In this document: positions 63,592 to 64,000 of the stretch, piece after piece
Layout of the letters: each line of letters starts with the position of its first letter
Position numbering within the stretch: position 1 is the first letter of the stretch
From: Octopus vulgaris
Lineage: Eukaryota
Length of the DNA: 64,000 bases
Assembly (NCBI GenBank): GCA_951406725.2
Contig: OX597816.1
Coordinates: 166,470,001 to 166,534,000 of the forward strand
Direction: 5' to 3'
The notes under the pieces: generated by a model
What the model saw: the letters and a program-made list of their open reading frames with translations, nothing else
Told to the model about the DNA's origin: nothing
The model's database searches: none
Translations under genes and position numbers: made by a program

Positions 63592-64000
63592 GCCCTGATG
63601 CAGTATCAGGCAGTGGCTCCCATGGCTACTGATCTTAACTGATTGAAAGTGTTATCATGCACATTGTTTTGTATTGGTATAAAAGATGGGCTACAGCAAA
63701 TATTCTGCTCAATACCACAGATTTGCTTGTCAGTTGTTTGACCTTAACCAGTTGAGTATGTCCCTTAGTGGCTGACGATATGTGCTTCTCTGATCACGAG
63801 CAGAAGTAGTGGGGGAGCATCATAGCCGTGTGTTGAAAGGAATTTTTAGAGGTTTGGATAATTCACCTTTGGAAACATGGGTGTTTCGTTCAGCATCCTT
63901 AAACAATCCTTATTCAGGGACCTTTTGAGTGGGATGGGCTACTCGACCAGAGGAAAATTCTAACTGGGACCCACCTGCAAGGTCATGCGCTGTTTATCTT
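63592..64000 (+). repeat. Second copy of the 18840-19400 repeat (truncated by window edge)
   Basis: Shared CTGATCTTAACTGATTG..GCAAATATT..AATACCACAGA..GGGATGGGCTACTC. Confidence 0.8.

Overview
AT-rich, repeat-dense eukaryotic DNA. The SINE families, microsatellite load and gene style point to a coleoid cephalopod, probably Octopus (inference). The window holds one spliced plus-strand gene, a Golgin-45/BLZF1 orthologue. I read seven coding exons by hand (5880-6188, 11475-11738, 17078-17154, 20162-20284, 21240-21368, 24389-24626, 48870-49043), all GT-AG with compatible phases, giving 437 aa. The rest is SINEs, RTE/CR1/R4-type LINE fragments, TTAA-flanked piggyBac-type MITEs, Helitron-like elements and (TA)n/(CAT)n/(TAA)n tracts. 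Nearly all other ORFs in the supplied track are repeat noise. The most interesting signal is a set of small non-coding elements carrying minimal type I hammerhead ribozyme folds like those of Penelope-like retroelements. Several sit in the loop of long inverted repeats or next to (TA)n tracts, and one has a 17-bp target-site duplication. Every copy with a complete core is antisense to the host gene, while the sense copies I found have broken cores. Also found: a 49-nt candidate cassette exon that would remove the GRASP55-binding C-terminus, a uORF, and a possible bidirectional promoter. All folds and repeat boundaries were read by eye and need computational confirmation.
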